From: Candidatus Spongiisociaceae bacterium
Lineage (GTDB): Bacteria > Actinomycetota > Acidimicrobiia > Spongiisociales > Spongiisociaceae
NCBI GenBank assembly: GCA_965262915.1
Contig: OZ253564.1
Location: forward strand, 3,328,001 to 3,392,000
Length of the DNA: 64,000 nt
Direction of reading: 5' to 3'
In this document: positions 30,869 to 40,252 of the stretch, piece by piece
Layout: the number at the start of each line of letters is the position of its first letter
Numbering within the stretch: position 1 is the stretch's first letter
Translations under genes and position numbers: made by a program
The notes under the pieces: generated by a model
The model's database searches: none
Told to the model about the DNA's origin: nothing
Seen by the model: only the letters and a program-made list of their open reading frames with translations

Positions 30869-32034
30869 AACACCTGGCCGGTCGGGCCACCGCCCTACCG
30901 CGCTCCGAGATCCGGGTCCTCTTCGACCGGGCTGCGGAGCGACCGGACACCATCCGGCTCGAAGTCGGCGAACCCAGCTTCAACACGCCGGATCACATAA
31001 TCGCCGCCGCCTACGACGCAGCCCGGGCCGGCCATACCGGCTACGGGCCCAACGGCGGCTTGTCAAGCCTGCGAGAACTGCTCTCCCACAAGATCGGACA
31101 CGTCGACCGCTTCGAGGCCCCTCCCGGCAACATCGTCGTCACCCCCGGCGGGATGAACGCCCTGTTCTCCACTTACCTGGCGCTACTCGATCCCGGTGAC
31201 GAGGTGCTCCTCCCCACCCCGGGCTTCCCCAACATGGATGCGCTGGTACGGATGCTGGGTGGGACACCGGTGTTCTACCCCCTCCACGCCGCCGACGGGT
31301 ACCTGCCCGACCCGGAACGTATCGAAGCCCTCACATCCGACCGCACCACCATCCTGTTCATCAACACCCCGGCCAACCCCACCGGCGCCGTCTTCCCGCC
31401 CGGACTGATGAGAAGCCTGGTCGAGTTGTGTGACCGTCACGATCTGTGGCTGCTGTCCGACGAGGTGTACGACGAGCTGATACTCGACGAAGGCTCGGAG
31501 CACACCTCCGCCGCCCGGTTCGACACCCAGGACCGGGTCGTCACCGTGTTCAGCTTTTCGAAGGTGTATGCCATGACCGGCTGGCGAGTCGGCTACGCCG
31601 CCGCGCCGGCCCCGGTAGCGGACCTGATGCGCAAGCTGCAGGAACCCCAGGTGTCATGTCCGAGCACCATCTCCCAGAAAGCCGCGGAGGCGGCGCTGCT
31701 CGGACCCCGAGAACCGATCAGAGCCATGCTGGACGCCTACCGCCGACGTCGCGGGGTCGCCTTGGAGGCTGCGGCGGAGGCCGGGCTTGCTTGCGTGGCC
31801 CCGGCCGGGACCATGTACATGATGCTGGAAGTCCGCACGGGAGGTCGCTCGATGCTCCGGTTCGCTCTTGACCTGCTCGACCACTACGGAGTCAGCGTCG
31901 CCCCCGGATCGGTGTTCGGACCGAGCGGCGAGGGATACGTGCGCATCTCGCTGGCCGCCGAGGACGGGGATATCGACGAAGGTCTCCGACGGCTGGGAGC
32001 CGCCAACCGCTCCCGTATCCTGGTGCGCGCATGA
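30865..32034 (+). CDS. PLP-dependent aminotransferase class I/II
   Basis: VGEP, NTPANPTG, SDEVY, SFSKVYAMTGWRVG, YVRISL. Confidence 0.94.
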   Translation: MKHLAGRATALPRSEIRVLFDRAAERPDTIRLEVGEPSFNTPDHIIAAAYDAARAGHTGYGPNGGLSSLRELLSHKIGHVDRFEAPPGNIVVTPGGMNALFSTYLALLDPGDEVLLPTPGFPNMDALVRMLGGTPVFYPLHAADGYLPDPERIEALTSDRTTILFINTPANPTGAVFPPGLMRSLVELCDRHDLWLLSDEVYDELILDEGSEHTSAARFDTQDRVVTVFSFSKVYAMTGWRVGYAAAPAPVADLMRKLQEPQVSCPSTISQKAAEAALLGPREPIRAMLDAYRRRRGVALEAAAEAGLACVAPAGTMYMMLEVRTGGRSMLRFALDLLDHYGVSVAPGSVFGPSGEGYVRISLAAEDGDIDEGLRRLGAANRSRILVRA

Positions 32035-33272
32035 GCCTCGAGAAGACCGAGGCCGGCCTGCTCGCCTACCTGGGTGAACGCAAGGACGAGATCCTCCAGT
32101 TCGCCAGAGAGCTGATACGTACCCCGTCTCCCAACCCGCCGGGTGACGAGCGAGCCGTGGCCGACCTGGTCACGGCCCGGCTGGCAGCACTGGGCATCAC
32201 CGAAGTCGAGCGTCTGGGAGCGTCTCCTGAGCGACCGAACCTGGTCGTCCGCATCGACGGTACCGGCGACGGTCCCACCCTGATGCTGTCGGGACACCTG
32301 GACACCAAACCGGCCGGCGATCTCGACGCCTGGGAAACCGATCCGTGGGATCCGGTGTTGAGAGATGGAGATCTCGTCGGCCTGGGTTCGGGGGATATGA
32401 AGGCCGCGGTGGCCGCGATGGTGTACGCACTGGGAGCGATAAGGGCATCGGGGTCCTTCGCAGGCAAGCTGGTGGCCGTCTTCACCGCCGACGAGGAAGC
32501 CGGATCGGCACTCGGCTCCAAGTGGCTGGCCGACAGTGGTCTACTCGAAGCCGACGTGGCGGTGATCGGCGAGCCGAGCGGGATCGAGCGAGAGTGGGAG
32601 TCGCTTCACCTGGTATCCCGGGGAGCGGCCCTGTTCAAGGTCAAGATCAGCGGAACCCAGATGCACTCCTCGATCTCGGACCGGATCAAGGGGATCAACG
32701 CCACCGTCAAAATGGCCCGGCTCATCGACCGGATGGACCGTGATCTGGGCGCCTACCTCACCTACGAGCCCCACCCCTTGAGCCCCACCGGTCCCACCAT
32801 CAACGTGGGCGTCATGGCCGAGGCCGGGGTGTTCTACGGGGTGTACCCGGGCAACGCCGAGTTCGCCTGCGATCTGCGCACCCTGCCCGGGATGGAGGAG
32901 AAGCAGCTGATAGACGACATCAACCGGTTCCTGATGGCCGCCATGGCCGAAGATCCCGACCTGGCGGCCGAGTTGGTCTGGGAGTTGATGGTCCCGGCAA
33001 CCGAGATATCCGCCGACGAGCCGATCGTCGGGATCCTTCAGGAGACCGCCGGGGAGGTCCTCGGTCGAACGCCAAAGCTGGATGCCTTCCCCGGCGCCAC
33101 CGACGCGCCTCACTTCCAGTTGACGGCCGGGATCCCCTGCGTGGCCGCTTTCGGACCGGGGATGCTGCCTCTCGCCCACAGCCCGAACGAGTCCATGGCT
33201 GCGGAGAGCGTGTCGCAGGCCGCCGAGATCTACGCTCTCTCCTCCATCCGATACCTGGGAGTACCCGAATGA
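32031..33272 (+). CDS. M20 family metallohydrolase (ArgE/DapE-like)
   Basis: SPNPPGDE, GHLDT, DMK, DEE, GEPS, HSS, GATDA, AHSPNE. Confidence 0.92.
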   Translation: MSLEKTEAGLLAYLGERKDEILQFARELIRTPSPNPPGDERAVADLVTARLAALGITEVERLGASPERPNLVVRIDGTGDGPTLMLSGHLDTKPAGDLDAWETDPWDPVLRDGDLVGLGSGDMKAAVAAMVYALGAIRASGSFAGKLVAVFTADEEAGSALGSKWLADSGLLEADVAVIGEPSGIEREWESLHLVSRGAALFKVKISGTQMHSSISDRIKGINATVKMARLIDRMDRDLGAYLTYEPHPLSPTGPTINVGVMAEAGVFYGVYPGNAEFACDLRTLPGMEEKQLIDDINRFLMAAMAEDPDLAAELVWELMVPATEISADEPIVGILQETAGEVLGRTPKLDAFPGATDAPHFQLTAGIPCVAAFGPGMLPLAHSPNESMAAESVSQAAEIYALSSIRYLGVPE

Positions 33273-33940
33273 GCATTCCGCCCGCCGAACTATGCGTCCG
33301 CTATCGCCGCCTGTACGTGCCCGCGGTGTGCGACGCTCTCTACTGGATGGGTCTGCCCGAACAGGTCCTCCCCACCTATCTGAGGCCGCTGTTCCCCGAA
33401 GCCCGCATCGCCGGCATCGCCTACACGATCCAGGGAGCGCCCATCGATCCTCGCATCGGGCGCGAACCAGGAATCGAGCGGATCACCTCATACCTGGAGA
33501 TGTTCAAGGACCTGTCACCCGACAACGTGCTCATCTCGGTGAATCCGGACCGCCACGTGGGGCACTTCGGGGAGCTCACCGGCACCTCGGCCGAGCGCCA
33601 CGGCTGCGTGGGAGTCATCCTCGACGGGAATCTGAGGGACATCGAAGGCCTGCGGGAGATCGGCCTCCAGGTCTTCTACCGGGACCTGTCACCCCTCAAC
33701 GCCATCGGCCGGTGGGAGATGGTCGCCTCCCAGGTACCGGTCACGATCGGCGACGTGACGATCCACCCCGGCGACGTGGTGCTGGCCGAGTTCGATGGCA
33801 TCCTGGTGATCCCGGCCTCCGACGCCGAGCGTGTGCTGATCCGGGCGGAGGAGATCGTCGACGCCGAGGAACTGGTCCGCGAGGAGATGCAAGCCGGCGA
33901 GTCTCCCCTGTCGAGCCTGGACCGCCACGGATACATCTGA
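33269..33940 (+). CDS. RraA/HMG-aldolase family protein
   Basis: AVCDAL, FGEL, DGNLRD, VPVTIGDVTIHPGDVVLAEFDG. Confidence 0.9.
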   Translation: MSIPPAELCVRYRRLYVPAVCDALYWMGLPEQVLPTYLRPLFPEARIAGIAYTIQGAPIDPRIGREPGIERITSYLEMFKDLSPDNVLISVNPDRHVGHFGELTGTSAERHGCVGVILDGNLRDIEGLREIGLQVFYRDLSPLNAIGRWEMVASQVPVTIGDVTIHPGDVVLAEFDGILVIPASDAERVLIRAEEIVDAEELVREEMQAGESPLSSLDRHGYI

Positions 33941-34010
33941 GCCGGTGGCCGGTGGTCAGTGGTGGGGTCCGGATACTCGATGGTGCTGATCGTCCTGCCC
34001 GGCTGATGCC

Positions 34011-35153
34011 ATGAGGAGAACCGGCAAGGAAGCCGCCCACATCCGGCCGATCCCGCCAGGCGCCCGCAACACCTACCTGGACATGATCCGGGGAGTCGCG
34101 ATACTGGTGATACCGGTGATGAACGTTGTCTCCTTCGGTCTCGGTACGGGTCCGTACTTCAACCTCTCGGCGGGCGGATCGGAGACCTGGTTGGACTGGC
34201 TCGTAGGCGGATTCGGCGAGATATTCGTCGACCAGAAGTTCATGGGGCTCTTCTCGCTGCTGTTCGGCGCGGGTATCGCTCTGTTCTGCGACCGGGCCGC
34301 GGAGAAGAAGCACCGACCGGCAGTGCTGAGCCTGTGGCGCAACCTGCTGCTGCTGGGCATCGGACTCCTCCACATGCAGTTGTGGGAGGGGGACATCCTC
34401 CTCGGTTATGCACTGGTATCCCCGGTGATCATCCTGCTGCGCAACCGGCGCCCGCGAACCCTGCTGATCCTGGGCGGGGCGATGCTGGTTCTGTCGCCGC
34501 TGGGCGCCATCCTGTTCCAGTCCGCCCTGCCGGGGGACGGGACCGGACTCGGAGGGTTCTGGAAGGCCGGTGCGGAAGTGACCCGTGCAGCTGGCGGCTT
34601 CCTCGTCGTGGACTTCCTGTCACGCTCGGTCGGGATGATGCTGATCGGCGTGGCCCTCTACCGGAACGGCGTGATAACCGGCACCCGCTCGGCCGCTTTC
34701 TACCGGCGGATGGCGATGGTGGGGCTGGGTGTCGGGCTTCCGCCCGCTGCCATCGGGCTGGCATGGGTGGCGGCGCGTGACTTCTCCCCCGGAGTCGCTC
34801 TGGTCGGGACCATCCCGAACACGCTGGGGACCGCCCCCGCCGTGCTGGGCTACGCCGGCCTTGTCATCCTATGGAATCGCCGATCCGAGACCTCACTGCA
34901 CGAGCGGTTGCGCTCCGTCGGCCGGATGGCACTCACCAACTACCTGACCCAGACTCTTCTGGGCATTGCGGTCCTGCGGCTCCTTCTCGCCCATGTAGAT
35001 CTGACCCGGACGATGCTGGTGGTGTTCATCGGTGCGGTCTGGGCAGCGCAGCTCTGGTGGTCGAAGGCCTGGCTGGACCGGTTCCGGTACGGCCCGGCCG
35101 AGTGGCTGTGGAGAATCGCCACGTACCGCCGCGCCCAACCGTTGATGCGATAG
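34011..35153 (+). CDS. DUF418 family membrane protein
   Basis: LDMIRGVAIL, KFMGLFSLLFGAG, WEGDIL, GRMALTNYLTQ, GPAEWLWR. Confidence 0.92.
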   Translation: MRRTGKEAAHIRPIPPGARNTYLDMIRGVAILVIPVMNVVSFGLGTGPYFNLSAGGSETWLDWLVGGFGEIFVDQKFMGLFSLLFGAGIALFCDRAAEKKHRPAVLSLWRNLLLLGIGLLHMQLWEGDILLGYALVSPVIILLRNRRPRTLLILGGAMLVLSPLGAILFQSALPGDGTGLGGFWKAGAEVTRAAGGFLVVDFLSRSVGMMLIGVALYRNGVITGTRSAAFYRRMAMVGLGVGLPPAAIGLAWVAARDFSPGVALVGTIPNTLGTAPAVLGYAGLVILWNRRSETSLHERLRSVGRMALTNYLTQTLLGIAVLRLLLAHVDLTRTMLVVFIGAVWAAQLWWSKAWLDRFRYGPAEWLWRIATYRRAQPLMR

Positions 35154-35303
35154 CCTCGATATCTCTTGGGGGCGGGCTCACCGTTGCCAGTCCCACCGAT
35201 CGGAAGCCCATGCCCCGCGGACCGTGTGATCCGGCTCGGAGATCGCCTTGTTCGTGGAGGTTCTGTGACCCTCCTCCGGTCGCCTTGTAACGGGGTCTCT
35301 CCA

Positions 35304-35936
35304 TCAAACGATTCGGCCGGCGATGTCGAGTGCGGCTACCAGGTCGGCGGCGGTAGCCACTCGGCTCCCGAAGCGGGATGCACCCGCAGCCGTAGCGGCC
35401 ACGCCCACGAAGCCGCACCCGGCATCAGCGACGGCCTCGGAATCCCACGTGGAGTCGCCGATCATCACGGAGTCGGAAGGAGCCACCCCAAGCAACCGGC
35501 ATGCATCGATGATCTGGTCGCCGGCCGGCTTGGGCCGGAGGTCCGGACGGCGGGCAACCAGCACCGAGATGTCCACCCCGTGGCGGCGGAGCACCGCCCG
35601 TGCCGCCTCCTCGGATACGAGCGTCACCACCGCCGCCGGCCGGTGCCGGACAAGTGGGAGAGCCCCGGCGAGGCGCGGCATGGGTCGTGAACTCGGAACC
35701 CCAGCAACCTCGTGGCCGGCCATGAGGTCGGAGACCTCTGACCAGCGGGGATCACCGCTCAGGGCCACCAGGATCGACATGCAGCGCCGTGTGGGCGCAT
35801 CCCAATCGGTCGCGGGGGCCGCAGCGTCGTCCCAGAACCCGATCGAAACCTCCACATCCGCCAGCGCTGCCGCGTAGTCGGTGTAGGTCTGGAGATCCAC
35901 CAGGGTACGGTCCGGGTCGAACAGCACCGGTCTCAT
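35304..35936 (-). CDS. HAD family hydrolase
   Basis: LFDPDRTLVD (variant motif I), KP, MIGDSTWD. Confidence 0.8.
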   Translation of the reverse strand: MRPVLFDPDRTLVDLQTYTDYAAALADVEVSIGFWDDAAAPATDWDAPTRRCMSILVALSGDPRWSEVSDLMAGHEVAGVPSSRPMPRLAGALPLVRHRPAAVVTLVSEEAARAVLRRHGVDISVLVARRPDLRPKPAGDQIIDACRLLGVAPSDSVMIGDSTWDSEAVADAGCGFVGVAATAAGASRFGSRVATAADLVAALDIAGRIV

Positions 35937-36054
35937 CAGGTCACCGTCTCGGCGGTCACCCCACGACCCAGCCGGCGGCGCGGTCCGCCCGTGAACGCAG
36001 TCGCTCCTATCCTGGTGGATTCACGTTCGCTAGACGAGGAAGGTGATCCGGACC

Positions 36055-36252
36055 ATGGCACGCCTCAGCATCTACCTTCCCGATGACCTGGCGAGAGAGG
36101 CTCAGGCGGCGGCTCTCGACATATCGGAAGTCACTCGCGAGGCGGTGGAGCGTGCCCTCGCCGCACCCTGGGCCGATGCCTGGCTGGAGGACCTGGAAGC
36201 GGCGCCGCCCGCCATACATCGCCCGGCAGGCCCGGGTTCGTCCATCACCTAA
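36055..36252 (+). CDS. CcdA-like type II antitoxin, orphan
   Basis: MARLSIYLPDDLAREAQAAALDISEVTREAVERAL; no toxin ORF follows. Confidence 0.7.
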   Translation: MARLSIYLPDDLAREAQAAALDISEVTREAVERALAAPWADAWLEDLEAAPPAIHRPAGPGSSIT

Positions 36253-36304
36253 CTTCCCCGAGCCGCGTCACCGGCCAACCTCACGGCCGGGCGACGGGTA
36301 CAGC

Positions 36305-36700
36305 TCAACTCGGTGGAAACTTGACCACCCGCCTGGGTACGATCTTGCAGATCACCCGCTCGGAGATGATGGGCTGCGGGTACTCGTCCACCCCCAGGTA
36401 CTTGTGAGCCAACGCATCGATATGCGACCGTGCCACGGGACCCGTGACGGTGTCGGTGACCTCGCCCCGCACCTCCACGTAGGACCACGGATCGTCCCGA
36501 TGGACGATCAGCACGGTGACGGTGGGGTTGGCCACCATGTTCTTGAACTTGCGCCGGTGAACCTCCGTGTTGATCAATATGTGGTCCTCGTCTGCATCCA
36601 CCCACATCACATGCACCTGGAGCGTCCCATCGGGCATGACAGTGGCCAGGGATGCGAAGTTAGGGCCACGCGCCAACCGCAGCGTCTGGTCGTCGAGCAT
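36305..36700 (-). CDS. PPOX class F420-dependent oxidoreductase
   Basis: NFASLATVMPDG..VMWVD..INTEVHRRKFKNM..NP..YVEVRG..HIDALAHKYLG. Confidence 0.9.
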   Translation of the reverse strand: MLDDQTLRLARGPNFASLATVMPDGTLQVHVMWVDADEDHILINTEVHRRKFKNMVANPTVTVLIVHRDDPWSYVEVRGEVTDTVTGPVARSHIDALAHKYLGVDEYPQPIISERVICKIVPRRVVKFPPS

Positions 36701-36804
36701 CACCACCTCCATCAGGCTGAGTTTCCTGGCACCGACCACCCGCAATATCGCAACGGACAGTCGGCCAACCACCGCCTGATCCTTGTACGAACCCCTTTCG
36801 AGAG

Positions 36805-37016
36805 CAAACCGAACCCAGCACCGCCAACACCCGGGCCATCCGGTCGATCGAGGCGTCGCGGCGGTCGGCCGTGGCGGTCCCGATGGGAACACCGGCCAGG
36901 GCAACCAAGCAGAACCGCGTAGAAGGCCAGTTCCAGGGACGTCGGCAACCGTCGAAGCAACTCCTCGGTCACTTCCCCACCCGTACGGATCGAGGTTCCC
37001 AAGGAAGCCGATCGGT
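36805..37016 (-). pseudogene. Internal fragment of a DppB/OppB-type ABC permease
   Basis: LGTSIRTGGEVTEELLRRLPTSLELA / GVPIGTATA..IDRMARVLAVLGS across a frameshift; abuts the IS630 end. Confidence 0.75.
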
Positions 37017-38111
37017 CTAGTGTCCTGATTCGGGGATTCGTTGTAGATAGTTGGTGAGGTTGTCGAAGATTTGGTCGGCGGTTTTGTGCCAGATGAAGGG
37101 TTTGGGGTTTTGGTTCCAGTGTTGGGTCCATTGGTTGATGGCGTCGGTGAGTTCGGCTACGGATCGGTGGGTGCCTCGGCGTATCTGTTTGGTGGTGAGT
37201 TCGGAGAACCATCGCTCGACGAGGTTCATCCACGACGCGTAGGTGGGTGTGAAATGGAACGTGAACCGTGGATGGCGTTGCAGCCAGCGCCCTATGGGTT
37301 CGGTTTTGTGGGGCGACGCGTTGTCCAACACGACATGGACGTCGAGTTCTGATGGGACTTCGCGGTTGATGAGGTTTAGGAACGTCTGGAATTTGTGGGT
37401 GCGGTTGCGTCGTGTCATGGAGGTGATGACCCGGCCGGTGGCCGTGTCGAGCGCGGCCCCGAGGTTGGTGGTCCCATACCGGCGGTAGTCGTGGGTGCGC
37501 CGCTGGGGGGTTCCGGGCAACAGGGGCAGGATCGGCGCGGTGCGGTCGAGGGCCTGTATCTGGGATTTGTGGTCCACACACAGCACCACCGCCGCGTCGG
37601 GCGGGTTCAGGTACAAACCCGCCAGGTCGCGGACCTTTTCCACGAACTGGGGGTCGGGAGATATCTTGAAATGCTCGGTCCGGTGCGGCTTGAGACCGAA
37701 CGCCCGCCATATTCTTAGGATCGACGACTGGGACAGGCCCACGGCCCTCGCCATGGACCGGGTCGACCAGTGCGTCGCGTCTCTCGGTGTTTCCTCCAGC
37801 GTCTTGACCACCACTTCTTCTACCTTGGCGTCGTCGATGCGGCGGGGCGGCCCGGGGCGGGGATTGTCGTAGAGGCCGTCGAGACGGCGCCGGGCGAAAC
37901 GGTTCCGCCACTTCGAGACCGTAACCCCGCTGCAGCCCACCTCCGCTGCGATGTCCACATTGGTGCGGCCTTCGGCCGCTCCCAGCACGATACGAGACCG
38001 CATCGCTAACCCTTGTGCGGTGCTACGCCGCCGTATCCACCGCTCCAGCGTCTGCCGTTCCTCTTCATCCAGCTCGATAACCACTGCTTTACGACCCCGC
38101 TGCTTCTCCAT
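37017..38111 (-). CDS. IS630-family transposase
   Basis: RSRIVL..WRNRF..PRPGPP; ATHWSTR; CVDHK (usually DEK), VVLDN, WMNLVERWF, WNQNPKPF.W. Confidence 0.92.
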   Translation of the reverse strand: MEKQRGRKAVVIELDEEERQTLERWIRRRSTAQGLAMRSRIVLGAAEGRTNVDIAAEVGCSGVTVSKWRNRFARRRLDGLYDNPRPGPPRRIDDAKVEEVVVKTLEETPRDATHWSTRSMARAVGLSQSSILRIWRAFGLKPHRTEHFKISPDPQFVEKVRDLAGLYLNPPDAAVVLCVDHKSQIQALDRTAPILPLLPGTPQRRTHDYRRYGTTNLGAALDTATGRVITSMTRRNRTHKFQTFLNLINREVPSELDVHVVLDNASPHKTEPIGRWLQRHPRFTFHFTPTYASWMNLVERWFSELTTKQIRRGTHRSVAELTDAINQWTQHWNQNPKPFIWHKTADQIFDNLTNYLQRIPESGH

Positions 38112-38189
38112 ACGCTGCTCCAACCACTGACTGACACTGACCTGCATATTCTAGCAGAATATGGCAAAGAAACTAAGGAATCAGGACAC
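37020..38189 (-). mobile_element. IS630-family insertion sequence
   Basis: Terminal IR GTGTCCTGATTC / GAATCAGGACAC flanked by TA (within CTAG) on both sides. Confidence 0.92.
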
Positions 38190-38192
38190 TAG

Positions 38193-38291
38193 GAGAGTGC
38201 TGAGCAATCCACCCGCGGCCCGCCACTCAACCGTAAAATGCCTGGTCGGTGAGTGGCGAGCCTTCAGCAATCGTCATTGGTCAGCATTCTC
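38193..38291. mobile_element. 99-bp MITE-family element
   Basis: CTAG on both sides; IR GAGAGTGCTGAGCAAT / ATTGGTCAGCATTCTC; first 18 nt match the IS end at 3992 in 17 positions. Confidence 0.85.
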
Positions 38292-38410
38292 CTAGGACGC
38301 CGGTCCTCTGATCTTTGATCCGAACTCTGAACTGCTAACAGTTTATAACTTATAGACACCACTAGTCTATTTCGTCATATATCTATCAAAGCGTTACTAG
38401 CATCCTACCG

Positions 38411-38821
38411 ATGAACATCGACGAAGCCCAGGGATTCATCGCAGGCAATCACCGGGGGATCCTGCTCACATACCGTTCCGATGGAACCGCCCAGATGTCC
38501 CCGATCATCGCCGGGGTAGACGCAGACGGCCACGTCATCGTTTCGAGCAGGGAAACGGCATACAAAGTTAAGAACCTGGCTCGTGATCCACGTACCTCTA
38601 TGTGCATGTTCACCGACGGTTTCTTCGGAGGGTGGGTCCAGGTAGACGGCAGCGCCGAGATAGTCACTCTTCCCGATGCCATGGAACCCCTGGTCGACTA
38701 CTACCGAAGCCTTTCGGGGGAGCATTCGAACTGGGATGAGTACCGGGATGCTATGCGCAAGGAGCGTCGGGTCCTCATCCGGATCTCAATCGAGCGGGCG
38801 GGGCCGACCAAATTCGGATGA
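38411..38821 (+). CDS. PPOX class F420-dependent oxidoreductase
   Basis: NHRGILLTYRSDG..QMSPI..SSRETAYKVKNLARDPR..GEHSNWDEYRDAM..ERRV. Confidence 0.92.
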   Translation: MNIDEAQGFIAGNHRGILLTYRSDGTAQMSPIIAGVDADGHVIVSSRETAYKVKNLARDPRTSMCMFTDGFFGGWVQVDGSAEIVTLPDAMEPLVDYYRSLSGEHSNWDEYRDAMRKERRVLIRISIERAGPTKFG

Positions 38822-39261
38822 ACTCCCCTCCTGTCGAGGATCTACGATCCGAAGACGGAGGGCTCGGCTGTCGTGCCTCTACCCCCTTCGGGTTTCCCTC
38901 CCACCCGCCGCCTCCTGTCCAAGCCGGAGAGGCGAGCGGGCACAGGCCCGCCCGAACCCCGGTTTTGCGGTAGTCGGCTCGACGCTCGTCCGTGGGAAGC
39001 GTTATCCGAATGGACCCCTTCCCAGAAGCGAGACTTGGTGATGGTCGCTGCGGTCCGGACCGCACCGATACTTGTGTGGTGTCAAATATGCGTGTTTCGC
39101 GGTGGGTATTCAAGCCCCGCGATCCGGTTCCGCACGACAAGTTTTCGGGTCTTGTACCTTGTCGTGAATGGAGATGCACTTCGCCTGCCCCGACGAATCG
39201 AGCCTGCCTGAGAGCGATAGGAGCCGAAAGCCTCCGTCAGATGCCTGGCCGGACGGTCCGT

Positions 39262-40140
39262 TCAGAGACCGCTCGACTCTCGGACCAGGTTGTAGATGGC
39301 GGTCCAGTCCATACGGCCCATGCCTTGGTGGTGCGCCGAGTCGTAGAACGGAAGGGCGGCCACTCCCATGGCTCGGGAGGCGTTGGCACCGGCGCTCATC
39401 TGCAGGGCGAGGCCGAGGTCCTTGCGGGCCAGGTCGACCGCAAAACCGGGCTCGAGGTCGCCGGCCAGTACCTTGGCGGGGTATGTGGTGGCGAGGTGGC
39501 CCCGCCCGGCGGTGGTTCCCATGAGAACCTCGATGGCGATGTCCCGGTCGAGGCCCGCGCCCTCGGCTATGGCGAGCGCCTCGGCCACCACGACATTGGA
39601 CACGATGGACAGGTAGTTGTTGACCAGCTTGGTTCTGATTCCGGCCCCTCGGGGACCGCAGTGGACGATCGTGTCCCCCATGCACTCCAGGACGGGACGG
39701 GCCCGATCCACGTCGTGCGGGTCGCCGCCCACCATGATCAGCAGGGTTCCATCCTCCGCCTCTTTCGATGTCCGGCCAACCGGCGCGTCGATCATCCTGC
39801 GGCCCTCCGACTCCAGACGCTCGGCGGTCGCATCGAAGTGGGCAGGCAGGCCGGTGCTCATGTCGATGAGAAGCGAATCCCGGGCGAGGGTGCCGGCGAT
39901 CCCCCCCGCGCCGAACACGGCCTCTGCCACGTGTTCACCGGTGGGCAGCATCGTGATCACGAACTCGGCGCCTGCGGCGACGTGCTCGGCGGAGTCGGCC
40001 ACCCCGGCGCCGTCCCGCCCGACGGTCTCGACCGCGGCCCGGTTAAGGTCGAAGGCCCGTACCTGGTGACCTGCTCCTACCAGGTTGCGGGCCATAGGAA
40101 GGCCCATGACACCCACGCCGACGAAACCGACCTTGCTCAT
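39262..40140 (-). CDS. Beta-hydroxyacid dehydrogenase, sulfolactaldehyde reductase (YihU)-like
   Basis: GVGVMG, DAPVGRTS, KLVNNYLS, GTTAGRGH..KVLAGDL.PGF.VDLARKDLG. Confidence 0.8.
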   Translation of the reverse strand: MSKVGFVGVGVMGLPMARNLVGAGHQVRAFDLNRAAVETVGRDGAGVADSAEHVAAGAEFVITMLPTGEHVAEAVFGAGGIAGTLARDSLLIDMSTGLPAHFDATAERLESEGRRMIDAPVGRTSKEAEDGTLLIMVGGDPHDVDRARPVLECMGDTIVHCGPRGAGIRTKLVNNYLSIVSNVVVAEALAIAEGAGLDRDIAIEVLMGTTAGRGHLATTYPAKVLAGDLEPGFAVDLARKDLGLALQMSAGANASRAMGVAALPFYDSAHHQGMGRMDWTAIYNLVRESSGL

Positions 40141-40252
40141 CCCTGTTCCTCCCTGCCGAGTTGCGGCCACCGCCTGCCCGGGCGGCGGGATCGACGGCCC
40201 CATGTCACCGGGTTGGCGCACCGCCTCCGTCACCGTGTAGTTTCATCGGTCC

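Noticed and set aside
38296-38410. AT-rich stretch with a small hairpin
   Set aside because: Could be a promoter or an IS-end remnant; no assignable -35/-10 or paired IR, so not called.
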